A stretch of DNA of 64,000 nt from Strigamia acuminata. Taxonomy: Eukaryota. The stretch lies in contig OX442314.1 in NCBI GenBank assembly GCA_949358305.1, positions 31,434,001 through 31,498,000 of the forward strand. Reading direction: 5' to 3'. Under the pieces are notes generated by a model. It had not been told where the DNA came from, made no database searches, and saw only the letters and a program-made list of their open reading frames with translations. Below, one piece after another: positions 21,441 to 32,153 of the stretch. Position numbers and translations under genes: made by a program. Numbering within the stretch: position 1 is the first letter of the stretch; each line of letters opens with the position of its first letter.

Positions 21441-24400
21441 TCACTTCTTTCCTGAGGGACCCGACACTGAGTCCGTCACCTGGGCGTAACTCACTCCAGG
21501 GACGGGCGGTTGAGTGCCGGGTGGCGCGGGTAGATCGCCTACTAGCGCCGAGGACCGATCTCGGGGGTCCTCATGCTCCGTAATGAAGCATAATGCATGG
21601 CCGTCAACTGGCTCATGCGGGGCACGCGTCCTCTCGTGTAACCAAACGCTCGGGATGTAGGCGGAGAAGCCGGTGTTCGTATGCCGGATGGCATTGGCTT
21701 CCGCTGGCGTCACTGGCGCACGGTGGGCTCTCAGCAACCTCTGGTGGAAGATGAGGTCTTTAGTCTTCCGGATCTGGTTGTGAAGCCAGATGAAGACCGA
21801 TTTGCCTTTGTCCCGCTGCGCGAGGATAAACCTCCTGGTCGCCGTCGTCATCGAAAGATGGGGAAATTCTTCGATGATTCGCCCGTAATAATCTGGTGGA
21901 GGCGGTGCCGGCTGCGGCTTCTGGGTGGCCGCGGGAATCACGGCTTGTGTCGTTGTCGCCGCTTGGGCCGGTGGAGTCACGGGCGGGGTCGGCTTCGTTC
22001 GCTCGACGGACTTGACGGGTGGTGTTCGGCACAGCAAGCGCTTTGGTCTACCCGCCACTTCGAACAGGGCGGGTCCTTGCGGGGATATCTCCGCAGGCAT
22101 CGGTGGCGGAATCGGAACTCCGCTCGTCGGCGAGATCATCATCTCCACATCCTCTGCCGATTCTTCCGTCTGGATGGTCATGGCGCGTAGTTGTTGGGTA
22201 GGCGCCGCCGTCCAGGTGGCGGAGGTGTAACGAAACGCCGTGCTTCGCAACTTGTACCCCTCAAATTCGGGGTTTACCACATCCCTGGTTAGCTCGTACC
22301 GAGTCAACACAGGGTCGGGCAGAATGGAGCTCCACTCTGCGAGGAGTGCACGGGGAACCTGTACACCCTCTCTGTCCACGACAGACCATGCGGCCATCGC
22401 CTGACGCCCTTCTCCGAAGAGTGCTGGGGTTAGCAGCTGCATCATGACCTTGGTCAATGATAGCTGTAGGCTGCGACGATTCACTGGATTCGATCGCTCT
22501 GAATCCGCAGTGAAGGCACGCGAGAGCTTACTCATCATCGCCGTTGCCCATTCGATGAAATATCGCTGGGCCTGATCCACACCTCGCAAGGCGGGTGCGG
22601 AGACTCTTGGGTCTTCCATCACGAAGCGAAACGCTGAGAGCTCGGAGATAGTCGGGTTGGCGGCTTCTCTCGCGAGTCGCGCTTCTTCGTCTCGCCTCTC
22701 GAAGAACAGGGCCGAGGAACCGGGTCGGGGTCGGCTCGGCCTGTAAATGTCGGTCAAATTGGCTCGACATTCCTGCATAATGCTCTGTCCAACGGGGAGA
22801 GGGACTGAGCGGTCGGTGTGTAAATTCGGCGGATCGCTCGAATTCAACAACGACGGCGGTCGCAGGTTACGGATCGAGGCAGGTACGATATTTTTTGTTG
22901 TTTTTTGTGTCTGTACCTCCTCATTATTGTTTTCTTTTTTATCCGTGTTTTTTGTGTTTGTTTCAGGAGTTTCTCCTGTTTCCCCCCCGACCAAAATTGG
23001 ATCCGGAACGGATTCAACTATCTCGTTTACCGGAGGTGAAGGGGCGTCGAAATACTCCTCGTTGTCACTTGGCGGTGCTTGTTCCGACTCGCCAGCGAAC
23101 ATATCGACGATTTGGCCGTCAGTTTTAGACTTGACTTGGCCCTTGGCCCACATTTCTTGCGGGAATTCCGGAATGTACGGAGTTAACTCTCGTACCTGGA
23201 TCGACTTTTGCTCGGTGTTGTCCTCGAGCTTGCGTAATTTATACGCGTTACCGCCATGCTTGCCGATGATTACATACGGACCATCTCTCTTGTCGGCCAA
23301 GCTGGCGGTGATCCCTCTCGCTGCATTTGAGAGGGTGTGTGCATCTTTCCACACCAAATCATTGATCTCGAAATTCACGAATTTCCCACCGCTTTTATCT
23401 TGTAAAATGCGGTCGCGCATGTTAAAAATGTGCGCCATCATATGTTTGTATGTGTTTGAAATTGTTTGCTCCAATTTATACACATACTCATGTGGTTTCT
23501 CTGGGTCCACCACATTTACTGACTCTGCCACTCGTGGGTCCCAAGGCACTCGTAGCTCTCGGGCGAAGTTGAGGTAGGCCGGAGAAAAATCTCTCGTCCT
23601 CGAGACTGTTGTTCGTATGCTGAACGCGATCTCCCTCAAGTATTCATCCCACCTATTGTGGATGTCAGTGAATATGCTTAGTGCATATTTAATGTCCCTG
23701 TTGAGTCGCTCAACGGGATTTGTTCTAGGATTGTAGGTCGAAGTATGTGACGCCACAATCCTGAATTTCTCACAAAACTTACCCCAAATTTTCGAGATAA
23801 ATTGGGGTCCGTTATCGGATATTATTTTACGTGGAAATCCGTAACGTAACGCCACGTCGTAGATACATTCAACGATTTTCTCTGCTGAAGGTCTAGCGAC
23901 GGCGTACAACTCGGGCCAACGAGTCGCCACGTCCATTATTACGATAATGTACGCATTTTTATTTCCCGTAACGGGTTTTGGGCCCATCACATCGACGCTT
24001 AAACAATCAAAAGGCGCGTAAGGCCCTAAGAAAATAGTTTCGAATGGTGATTTTCTCCTCGGCTTGCACGCTTGACATCGCTGACATTGGTGGACAAAAA
24101 GAGCAATATCTTTTTTCATCCCTGTCCAGTGAAAAAGCTGTGTAGCACGATAGAGTGTTCTGCTTACTCCCGCATGGCTCGCAAGCGGGTGCCCGTGTAA
24201 CAACCACAGCACGCGACCGATTAAGGAAGCAGGTATTACTACCTTTACTGCGGTGTCTGATTCACTCAAGTCATCTTGGTGATTTGGGTGATGTTTCACT
24301 AAAAGGCCGTCATCCAATAGGTAATCTATGGATTCGTGCGCATAACGACGCTTCTGCCTTCTGGTCAGATTGGGCGGATATTTTCCTGTCAGTACGAATC

Positions 24401-26876
24401 TAGCTCTGTCCTGACATTTTTTGTCTAATTTTTGTTGCACAATTATTTCCTCCCTTGTCGGGGGATTGCTTTGCATCTGCTTGCCGACATGAGCGTGGAA
24501 GGCGCTTAGAAGCGGGTCATTTATTCTCCGCTCTAGCTTAAATTCCTTCTTTGCATTTGGGTAATTGTCAGCAGCTGGTTGGTATAACCGCGTCCAGAAT
24601 CCACAGAATTTTACATCTGCCGGAGACGCGGTAGGAATTTCATTCATCTTCCTTAAATCCCAACGGTGACAACTCGTAGGGCAATAAATGATGCGGGAGT
24701 CATCCTCGCCATCATCGTCAGCGTCGATTGGATCTGACACTGGTGCCCGTGACAGAGCGTCAGCCACGACGTTATATTTGCCGGGCTTGTATTGAATGGT
24801 CAAGTCGCATGCCATCAGTTCTAACTGCCATCTGGCTAGTCGACCGGCTGGCTCCTTTAATTTCATCAGCCATTGTAACGCTTGATGATCTGTGTGGACC
24901 ACAAATTTGGTATATTCGAGATAATCTCTGAATTTCCTTATGGCCCACACAACTGCCAAACACTCCAACTCTGTGGCGTTGTAATTTTTTTCAGCGCCTT
25001 GGAGTTTGCGACTTATAAACATGCACGGCAGGTCTTGTTTGACTCCGTCGCGCACGTGTGTTTGAAGCAACGCGGCTCCCAACCCAACTCTGCTGGCGTC
25101 CGTATGTAATATGAACGGCCGGTTTAGGTCGGGTAGAGGCATTACGCCGACTTCCGTCAGCATCCTCTTTATCGCATTAAATGCGATGTTGCACTCATTT
25201 GACCATACAAATTCGTTTTCATTCTTCAGGAGGTCGGTAACTGGGGCTGCCACTTCAGCTAGACCCGGTAGCAACCTGCCGAAGAAGTTTATCATTCCCA
25301 TAAACCGTTGGACACCTTTAACGTCCTCGGGTGGTGGGAAACGATTAATCGCATCGATTTTTTCGGGGCCAATAGCTAAACCATTGACTCCAATGCGATA
25401 ACCCAGGAAGGCAAGCTCCTTTCGACAGAACTTGCTCTTGCCCGGATGCACGTGTAACCCAGCTTTTGCCAGCCGGGTGAGCACTTGGTCGATGTGCTCA
25501 ATGTGCTCTTCGAATGTTTTAGAGGCAATAACTATGTCATCTAGGTATGCCCATACAAACTGATGCAGGATATCACCCAATACGCTTTCGATTAGCCTCT
25601 GAAAGGTACTGGGAGCATTCACTAAACCAAATGGCATGACGTTGAACATCAACCGTCCAATTGGCGAGTAAAATGCTGTTTTTATCTTATCCTCTGGCCT
25701 CATCTCAACCTGCCAGTATCCCTTCGACAGATCCATCGTCGTAACCCAAGAAAAGGGGCTAAGCTCTCTCAAAATGGATTCGACAGACGGCATCTGTATG
25801 GGATCTATCTCTGTCACCGCGTTTAATGGGCGGTAATCAATGCATAGGCGTGGATCCGAGCCCGGGCGCATCACGAGCACAACTCGCGTCGCGTATTCTC
25901 CCTGGGCCTCGGAGACAATGCCACTGTCTAGCATTTCTTGGCACATTTTTTGCACTATTTCACGTTTTTGCGGGTTCATTCCCTTATACGCAACTCGTAT
26001 AGGTTTATTATCCGTCAATTTAATTTCGTGAATAGCCCTATTCGTTCGGCCCGGTTTTTTCGACAGGATCCCCTCATATTTAAGTAGGACCCTTCGTAGG
26101 GCTGCCGCTTCGTTTAATTCTAAAGCGGCGTCGGCGACAAGCGTTTCCACTACATTGTCCCGTTGCAATTCTGTTACGAATGCTTTAAAATCGTAATCTT
26201 GAACGAATTTCTTTAGGCCTTTCTCCCACTGTGTCTTGTCGGCCGCTTCTTTTACAAGAGCTGGTGGCACGACAATTGCGGGTCTTTCCTTATCATTTCT
26301 GATATAATTCCAAGATTTCGTTATTGGATTGGGTTGTATTTCCATTGACGCCATGAGGTCTAAGCCCAACAGAAAAATTCTGTCGCATGTGGGCAGGACC
26401 AGGAAAGGGTGCTGTTCTACTCCTCCGAGCCACTCCATGGTCAATAATATAACTCCTTTTGGACGCGCCATTCCGTTGGCGGTTTTTAGACGTATATTTT
26501 TATTAACGCCTTTTATCTTATCGGTGAGACCCAATGATGCTACTATGTCTTTGGAAACGAACGAGCGATCTGCTCCCGAGTCTAGTAGTCCCATAATTTT
26601 TTCACGTTCTATTGTCATGGGCAACATACATAGGCGGTTGGTGTATTCGACCGCCACGTTGCACATGAAAACACGAAATTCTTCTGTGTCTTCGACTACT
26701 TGAGGTAATTCTTCAAGCAGTAGGTTCGGTTCTTCCGCCTCAGCCTCAGCGTTTGCGGTAATTACCTGCAAAGCGTTGTTGGCCCTGTCTTGAATTTGGG
26801 CGTTAGCTATGTCACTACCCATTTCTTTGACTGGTGGCGGCTTATCGAACCCTTTGTTAAACCCCTTTTTCTTCAT
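21441..26876 (-). CDS. pol: Element C Pol with a long post-integrase extension
   Basis: LLDSGAD, YLDD, TDASRVGLG, HGHPLASH..CQRC, VDVMG/SDNG/ERLNR, followed by ~550 additional aa. Confidence 0.95.
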   Translation of the reverse strand: MKKKGFNKGFDKPPPVKEMGSDIANAQIQDRANNALQVITANAEAEAEEPNLLLEELPQVVEDTEEFRVFMCNVAVEYTNRLCMLPMTIEREKIMGLLDSGADRSFVSKDIVASLGLTDKIKGVNKNIRLKTANGMARPKGVILLTMEWLGGVEQHPFLVLPTCDRIFLLGLDLMASMEIQPNPITKSWNYIRNDKERPAIVVPPALVKEAADKTQWEKGLKKFVQDYDFKAFVTELQRDNVVETLVADAALELNEAAALRRVLLKYEGILSKKPGRTNRAIHEIKLTDNKPIRVAYKGMNPQKREIVQKMCQEMLDSGIVSEAQGEYATRVVLVMRPGSDPRLCIDYRPLNAVTEIDPIQMPSVESILRELSPFSWVTTMDLSKGYWQVEMRPEDKIKTAFYSPIGRLMFNVMPFGLVNAPSTFQRLIESVLGDILHQFVWAYLDDIVIASKTFEEHIEHIDQVLTRLAKAGLHVHPGKSKFCRKELAFLGYRIGVNGLAIGPEKIDAINRFPPPEDVKGVQRFMGMINFFGRLLPGLAEVAAPVTDLLKNENEFVWSNECNIAFNAIKRMLTEVGVMPLPDLNRPFILHTDASRVGLGAALLQTHVRDGVKQDLPCMFISRKLQGAEKNYNATELECLAVVWAIRKFRDYLEYTKFVVHTDHQALQWLMKLKEPAGRLARWQLELMACDLTIQYKPGKYNVVADALSRAPVSDPIDADDDGEDDSRIIYCPTSCHRWDLRKMNEIPTASPADVKFCGFWTRLYQPAADNYPNAKKEFKLERRINDPLLSAFHAHVGKQMQSNPPTREEIIVQQKLDKKCQDRARFVLTGKYPPNLTRRQKRRYAHESIDYLLDDGLLVKHHPNHQDDLSESDTAVKVVIPASLIGRVLWLLHGHPLASHAGVSRTLYRATQLFHWTGMKKDIALFVHQCQRCQACKPRRKSPFETIFLGPYAPFDCLSVDVMGPKPVTGNKNAYIIVIMDVATRWPELYAVARPSAEKIVECIYDVALRYGFPRKIISDNGPQFISKIWGKFCEKFRIVASHTSTYNPRTNPVERLNRDIKYALSIFTDIHNRWDEYLREIAFSIRTTVSRTRDFSPAYLNFARELRVPWDPRVAESVNVVDPEKPHEYVYKLEQTISNTYKHMMAHIFNMRDRILQDKSGGKFVNFEINDLVWKDAHTLSNAARGITASLADKRDGPYVIIGKHGGNAYKLRKLEDNTEQKSIQVRELTPYIPEFPQEMWAKGQVKSKTDGQIVDMFAGESEQAPPSDNEEYFDAPSPPVNEIVESVPDPILVGGETGETPETNTKNTDKKENNNEEVQTQKTTKNIVPASIRNLRPPSLLNSSDPPNLHTDRSVPLPVGQSIMQECRANLTDIYRPSRPRPGSSALFFERRDEEARLAREAANPTISELSAFRFVMEDPRVSAPALRGVDQAQRYFIEWATAMMSKLSRAFTADSERSNPVNRRSLQLSLTKVMMQLLTPALFGEGRQAMAAWSVVDREGVQVPRALLAEWSSILPDPVLTRYELTRDVVNPEFEGYKLRSTAFRYTSATWTAAPTQQLRAMTIQTEESAEDVEMMISPTSGVPIPPPMPAEISPQGPALFEVAGRPKRLLCRTPPVKSVERTKPTPPVTPPAQAATTTQAVIPAATQKPQPAPPPPDYYGRIIEEFPHLSMTTATRRFILAQRDKGKSVFIWLHNQIRKTKDLIFHQRLLRAHRAPVTPAEANAIRHTNTGFSAYIPSVWLHERTRAPHEPVDGHALCFITEHEDPRDRSSALVGDLPAPPGTQPPVPGVSYAQVTDSVSGPSGKK

Positions 26877-26881
26877 GAATG

Positions 26882-26945
26882 GCGCAGACGGTCGAGAAAT
26901 TATTTCTTCGCCGCCTGCGCTGACTCGTTTTTTGACTCGTTTTTT
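26882..26945 (-). promoter_or_regulatory. -1 ribosomal frameshift signal of C (two tandem slippery heptamers plus hairpin)
   Basis: A AAA AAC at 26939-26945 and 26927-26933, both in gag phase. Stem GCGCAGGCGG/CCGTCTGCGC starts 6 nt after the second. The -1 frame is open into pol. Confidence 0.82.
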
Positions 26946-29900
26946 GCCATGGCGAGTTTAATCTCTGCCATCTGCTTCATTATCGCGTCAAAGTTAGCGT
27001 CTTCTTTCGCTGTTCTTGGGCACTCATTGGAGTAGTGGCCCGGTTGGTTACACTTGAAACAGCGAATATTTGATTTGTCTCTTGGGGCTTCAGTCGATTT
27101 TTTCTTTTCAGGGTCTGCTTTCGACGGTGGCGTGTAATTTTTTCGAAAATACTTCGGAATTCGACCGGCATTTGGTTTTAACCTGGCGCGAAATTCTTCT
27201 ACCGCTCTATCTCGATGGATGAGATGTACTAGCGGTCCTTCCTCATCGCAACCCGTTGATAAGGTATCGCGATAGCTTCGTATTTCTTCGTCCGTCGAAT
27301 AATCGTCTTTTTCTTCTTTTTCGTCTGATTTTCCGACATTTTGTTCGGCTTCCTCCCCCTCCTTGACCTCCTCCAGTGTCGCTTGCATGGCTGACGCTGT
27401 CGGTGCCTTTTTAGGGGCGGCCAAAGGGTTGGAAGGCAGCGTGGATGTCAGTTTATTTTTTATTTGCAAACCAACGCTAGCTTCTGCCAGCTCCATTATA
27501 CCGCTAAGATATTCAGTAGGGCGCATAATCTTATCTGTCGCCCCATATCTTTCCGCACTCAACTTGAGACGTTTTGCGGTCGCTGCTTTCTCCGCTTCTG
27601 GTAAAGCGGAATAATATCTCTTCTCGATATCTATCGTGTTCTCAAACAGGAAGGCGCTCATCTCCTCGTAGCTACCTCCTGTCGGTGCCCTTTCTTCAAG
27701 TAGCACCCTTTGCGAGTATTCCGACAAACCGCCGAGAAAGAAAAGGTTGAATCCCGTGGCGTGAAATTCCATCGGGGCCTTTTCGAACAACAATCTGGCG
27801 CGAATGTCGTAATCCATTATGGTTTCACCAGGCATCTGGCGAAGACCTCGCATCTTTCGGCTCACCTCTTCGGGTGTCTCGCCGTAGCGCAGGTCGAATC
27901 TCATTAAAAAGTCGTCCCAATTGACGCCTTTCAATCCTTGGTACCACTCACGTGCCGAGCCTGTCATTAGCTCGACAATACCGTGGGTGAGCATGTCTCC
28001 TACGGTGGCTTTAGTGGCAGTCTTAATTCGAATTACTTCGTCAAGGAAGCGATCTCCCGCTTTCCATGACCCGTCGAAACGGTTCTGAATATAAAATTGC
28101 CACCTAATATTCCCGGTAACACTCATGGTGTCACGTCGGGAGACAGCGTATTTTTTCTTTACGCGGTCACCAGTGCTACGATTACGATCGTTTCGTTTGC
28201 TCAGATCAATTCCCTCGGCTTTTAACGAGCCGAGTAGGGCTCTTCCAAGCTCTCCCATCGTATACTGCCGACCCGTCGAATCGGTAAACGCGCTTTGTCG
28301 GGGAAGGTCCTGAAACTCCTCCCGTCGGTGGTCGCTATTTTCCGATCGACGTCGTTTCTCTCTATCGCGCGGAGAGTTGGATCTCTTCCGGCGATTACTT
28401 GATTTCTCCTTTCGTCTGTCGTCGTTGGATGAGGGGTCGGAGCTGGGGTCGGGAGACGGTGAGCGGCGTGGCGGGTTGCGCCGTGAAGAGTTTGACTCTT
28501 TCCGGCCCCTACGACGGTCGTCACGTTCCCTTTCCCTGCGTTCATCGCGCTCTCTTTCCCTTCGTCTTTCTCCGGAACCTCTCTCCGAATCGTGATGACT
28601 GGGTGCATTTGACTCCAGCCCATCTGACGACGAATCACTATTTCCGTAGCGATAATATTTCGGTCTTTCGTCGCGTTTGCCTTCTCCTCGCGAAGAGGTG
28701 CGATCATGCGATTGTCTCCTTGACGACTCGTCGTCTTTAAGGATGGGTACTGGTTGTTGCCACTCAGTCCCTTGCGGATTATCTTGCTGTTGGCTTGTGA
28801 GAGCTTGCTCTTCATTTCGCCTAGCATTATTAGCGTTGATTAACCGTGTTATCGCATTATTTGTGGCTGAATCGAGAGCTTTCATGCGGGGCCGAGTTTG
28901 TTGTTCTCTGGCCGACGCATCTCTCTTGCTCGGAGTAGCTGGTGTCGCCCTCTCCGGCTGGGGTTTGGGTTTGGCCTTCGGCGTGCGCTTTGGGTCTCCC
29001 TCTAGGCTCTCGTCGGACAGCTCGGATGAACTGACCTCTGGTTTGCGAACGGATTTCGGGTCATCTCGTCGCAATCTGGCCATAAATGCTCGTTCTGCTT
29101 CTTGTTGCGAGTGGAAAGCATATCGATGTGCTCTCAGGGCTCGGTCAACTATTTCTACCTCCTCGGGAGTCGTCGGATTGGGCTGGGTTCTGCCGTACTC
29201 GAGAGCTTGCGCTTCTCTTTCCGCCAGCTTCCTCCGTCTCTCGCGAATGGCTTGTCGAGCCTCGTTCTCTGCATCCGCTTCAAATTGAGCGGAATCAACC
29301 AATTGTTGAGCGTGTGCACCTTCAACAATGGTGATTTGTGGGGATACACTGTGCGCTTTTAAAGCTGCACGTACGATTTGTAACGTTTCGTACACTGTAA
29401 TCTTCCCCGTCGGAAGGGTGTATCTCACTCCCTCCGCTTGTGCCAATTGCATCGCATCAATCAAGGTGCCCGAGACGCTGTAAGGCTGGCTCGAAACACG
29501 CTTGACAGAGGACGAGTTGGACTTGTGCCCTTCAGACACTACCGAGGCTGGTCGACTGTGCGTAACTGGCGTGTTTAGTGCCGAATTAGCGGTCGTATTT
29601 GAGGCCGTCTTTTGTATCGGAGACGCTGCTTTCGGACTGCCCACCTCGGTGTCGTGCGTTAGACGAGGCGATTGGTTACGGGATAAAACCTCGTTTCCGC
29701 TCGTCTCGCCGTCACGGTTAGAACGCGGCAGTTTGGAGTGAGATTGCTCTTCACCCCGCTCTGTCTCGTCCAATCGCTGCCTCGTCTCGGCGCAAGACGG
29801 GTGCGATGCCTCTGATGCGCTTCTACGATCGGGTTTAGGCTTACGCCGTTTTTGCCTCGCTTCGTGCGCTGAGGCTTTGGGTAAGGGACCTCCAGATCGC

Positions 29901-29983
29901 AAGTGATAGTCGGCGCCTTTACGACTGCCGGCTCTCTTGTTTGCGTCGGAGTCGGAATCTGTTACTCGGGTATTATCTGCCAT
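26900..29983 (-). CDS. gag: Element C Gag (1027 aa, long low-complexity/RS-rich N-terminal half)
   Basis: RFDGSW..LMTGSAREWY..QMPGETIMDY and zinc knuckle CFKCNQPGHYSNEC. Confidence 0.92.
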   Translation of the reverse strand: MADNTRVTDSDSDANKRAGSRKGADYHLRSGGPLPKASAHEARQKRRKPKPDRRSASEASHPSCAETRQRLDETERGEEQSHSKLPRSNRDGETSGNEVLSRNQSPRLTHDTEVGSPKAASPIQKTASNTTANSALNTPVTHSRPASVVSEGHKSNSSSVKRVSSQPYSVSGTLIDAMQLAQAEGVRYTLPTGKITVYETLQIVRAALKAHSVSPQITIVEGAHAQQLVDSAQFEADAENEARQAIRERRRKLAEREAQALEYGRTQPNPTTPEEVEIVDRALRAHRYAFHSQQEAERAFMARLRRDDPKSVRKPEVSSSELSDESLEGDPKRTPKAKPKPQPERATPATPSKRDASAREQQTRPRMKALDSATNNAITRLINANNARRNEEQALTSQQQDNPQGTEWQQPVPILKDDESSRRQSHDRTSSRGEGKRDERPKYYRYGNSDSSSDGLESNAPSHHDSERGSGERRRERERDERRERERDDRRRGRKESNSSRRNPPRRSPSPDPSSDPSSNDDRRKEKSSNRRKRSNSPRDREKRRRSENSDHRREEFQDLPRQSAFTDSTGRQYTMGELGRALLGSLKAEGIDLSKRNDRNRSTGDRVKKKYAVSRRDTMSVTGNIRWQFYIQNRFDGSWKAGDRFLDEVIRIKTATKATVGDMLTHGIVELMTGSAREWYQGLKGVNWDDFLMRFDLRYGETPEEVSRKMRGLRQMPGETIMDYDIRARLLFEKAPMEFHATGFNLFFLGGLSEYSQRVLLEERAPTGGSYEEMSAFLFENTIDIEKRYYSALPEAEKAATAKRLKLSAERYGATDKIMRPTEYLSGIMELAEASVGLQIKNKLTSTLPSNPLAAPKKAPTASAMQATLEEVKEGEEAEQNVGKSDEKEEKDDYSTDEEIRSYRDTLSTGCDEEGPLVHLIHRDRAVEEFRARLKPNAGRIPKYFRKNYTPPSKADPEKKKSTEAPRDKSNIRCFKCNQPGHYSNECPRTAKEDANFDAIMKQMAEIKLAMAKNESKNESAQAAKK

Positions 29984-30052
29984 TTTTGGGTATGAAAAAT
30001 GATCTCAAGTTCTATTCGAGTCGTTTAAATCGATCCCGGACAGGCCCCCACG

Positions 30053-31069
30053 TGTCGCGCTCAACTCTAACCGTCGCTAACTCGTGGGTTGATTACTTAA
30101 TTCGACTAACTCACTACCGCTTTGTCTCAAGCGGTTTACCCAAAGAAATGATTACACAGATATAAAAGGTAAAATATAATATAGATTTATTCTGTGGGAC
30201 AATGTACAGATATATCTTATATATATATATGAAAGGTAGGTAAAAGGTAAATCGGAATGGGTGAAGGGAAATGGAAAGGTAAAGGTATGATGAAAGCTGG
30301 CTGGAATCGGCGAGGTCGTCTGTTGTCTCGGTCGTGTCCAAGATGGCGTCCTCGTTGTGGCAACGTGGTGTCGTCTTGGGCCGGCGTGGCAATATGGCGT
30401 CCTCGGCTCGTCTCTGGCTGGTCCTTCGGGCTCACGCTGGTCGGGCGCGAGTGAATGCTTAGTTAAAAGGCTTACTTCGGGCTGTTGTCTAGGTTTTTGT
30501 GTGGTGTCCGGCGATCACACAGCGGCGGACTCTTCTGGCTCCCGGCGGTCACACAGCGGCGGGAACGCTCGTCGTGGTTTTACTGCAGTTTAGGCTTGTG
30601 CGACCGTTTGTCTGCACAACTCGCTAAACTGGAGTGGTTTTTACTATTTCTAGCTGGTGTGCTAAAATAGTGTGGTAATCTTATCTCGCAGGTTACTCTG
30701 CGGAGTTTGACACTGACCAAACGTACTCACGGTAAATTGTCCTTTGTCCTTGGTCAATCCCAGTATATTTTACTTGGGCCTGATCTTGTAGGACGACGGG
30801 TTTACGTGTGTTTCTCGTTTGATGGTTGTGTTGGTTCTGCCCGCTCAGTGCAAGGCACATTCCTTTGCACAAAGCGGGGTTGACAGGTGACCAGAATCAC
30901 CCAATGGTGGGGTGGACGAGCCATCCCCACTCCCTCAGGGCAGACGCCTGTCCATTGACTAGATGTCAATGCACTGAGGGAAGGGAGACGCGCTTGCGGC
31001 TCCCCTTACACCCGAAACGAGGTCACGAGAGAAACTCTTCGTTGACCCCGGTCCAGTCGGGTCACAACA
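30053..31069 (-). repeat. Element C 5' LTR
   Basis: Direct repeat of 20388-21404; adjacent PBS TGGGGGCCTGTCCGGGAT. Confidence 0.95.
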
Positions 31070-32153
31070 ACGGTATCACGTACACAGGAGTCGATAGCTC
31101 GCGGCTCCGCACAGCAGTATAATCTCTCGCGGTACTAATAATAGACCGACTACTTTGGCATCGAATACCATGAGAATCAGCTTGCCAAACACTTGGTGCT
31201 ACTCGTGGTTACTGTAAAACAGACTGCTTTGGCACCATCCGGTGAAGGAACTAATTCTCAACAGCAACGATGCTACTTGCGGTAACGGAATACGTTCATA
31301 CCGAGAAAGACCACATGGTCCTGTCCGGAGGATACTGAATTGCACAACGGCGGGTTCTCCTTCGGCGTCGCAACCGTAAACTGTAACATTTATGCAACAT
31401 AATGATCCCAGCACTTCGACTTCAATTGCCGGCGGTGGCATGATTCTGTAGAATCATGCAACGGTTCTTTGTGAATAAATCAACAAAGAACCAAAAGGTT
31501 TTTTTACGTGAACAACGAATCATATTTCTTAAGTAACAATACCAAACAGAAAATAATCAAACAGAGCTGCCGGATGGCCGGTTGTTTGGGTTTATATAAC
31601 CTGACTGGATTAGAGATTAATCCAATCAACCAATTGGAACATGGGTTCCACGAATCCCTCCAATCCCGTATCGCCGGAAGTGGATACGGAGGAGCAATAT
31701 GCTAATTCACACCACAACCGGAACTGGATACCCAGGACCGGAAATGGATCCACCAATCACATCGATCGGTTGATCGATGGATTATCAAATCTCCATTTCT
31801 GCTGAACTAGAGATTCCCATCACTTAGTGTGAACAATAATTATTAATATATATTTATATTAATCCTAATAAAGTGTCGTTTCATACAAATAAATATATTC
31901 TTATATTTATTTACCAGTTTTCTTAACTCGCAATTCGAATTTACCGCTGAATTATAATCGCGCCATCTAGTGGCGACTCGGAGCATTGACAAATGCGGGT
32001 TTCGCAAAAAACACTTAAAATTCGGCCGTGTTATTAATAAATAGCACTTATAAACCGTCATATCATTATAGTATTATTTTGTAAATAAAGATATATATTT
32101 ATTGTAAATAAAAATTTTATATATTGTAATATCGACTCATTCTTTCATTAATC

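Larger units (their letters stand above)
20388..31069 (-). mobile_element. Ty3/Gypsy LTR retrotransposon C (10.7 kb), apparently intact
   Basis: 1017-bp TG..CA LTRs (20388-21404 and 30053-31069); TSD ACGG; tRNA-Pro-like PBS at 30033-30050; PPT GGAGGGGGAAG at 21405-21415. Confidence 0.96.
8299..32062 (-). mobile_element. Ty3/Gypsy LTR retrotransposon B (~13.1 kb net), inserted in the pPolB 3' end
   Basis: Two 1756-bp LTRs; TSD TCAT (8295-8298 and 32063-32066); tRNA-Gln PBS; PPT AAGGGGGA next to the 3' LTR; gag, pol and an extra ORF. Removing it restores pPolB ...TLAHGHYSIIL*. Confidence 0.96.
19621..32062 (-). repeat. Element B 5' LTR, split by element C (19621-20387 and 31074-32062)
   Basis: The two halves sum to 1756 bp and match 8299-10054. 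Confidence 0.95.
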
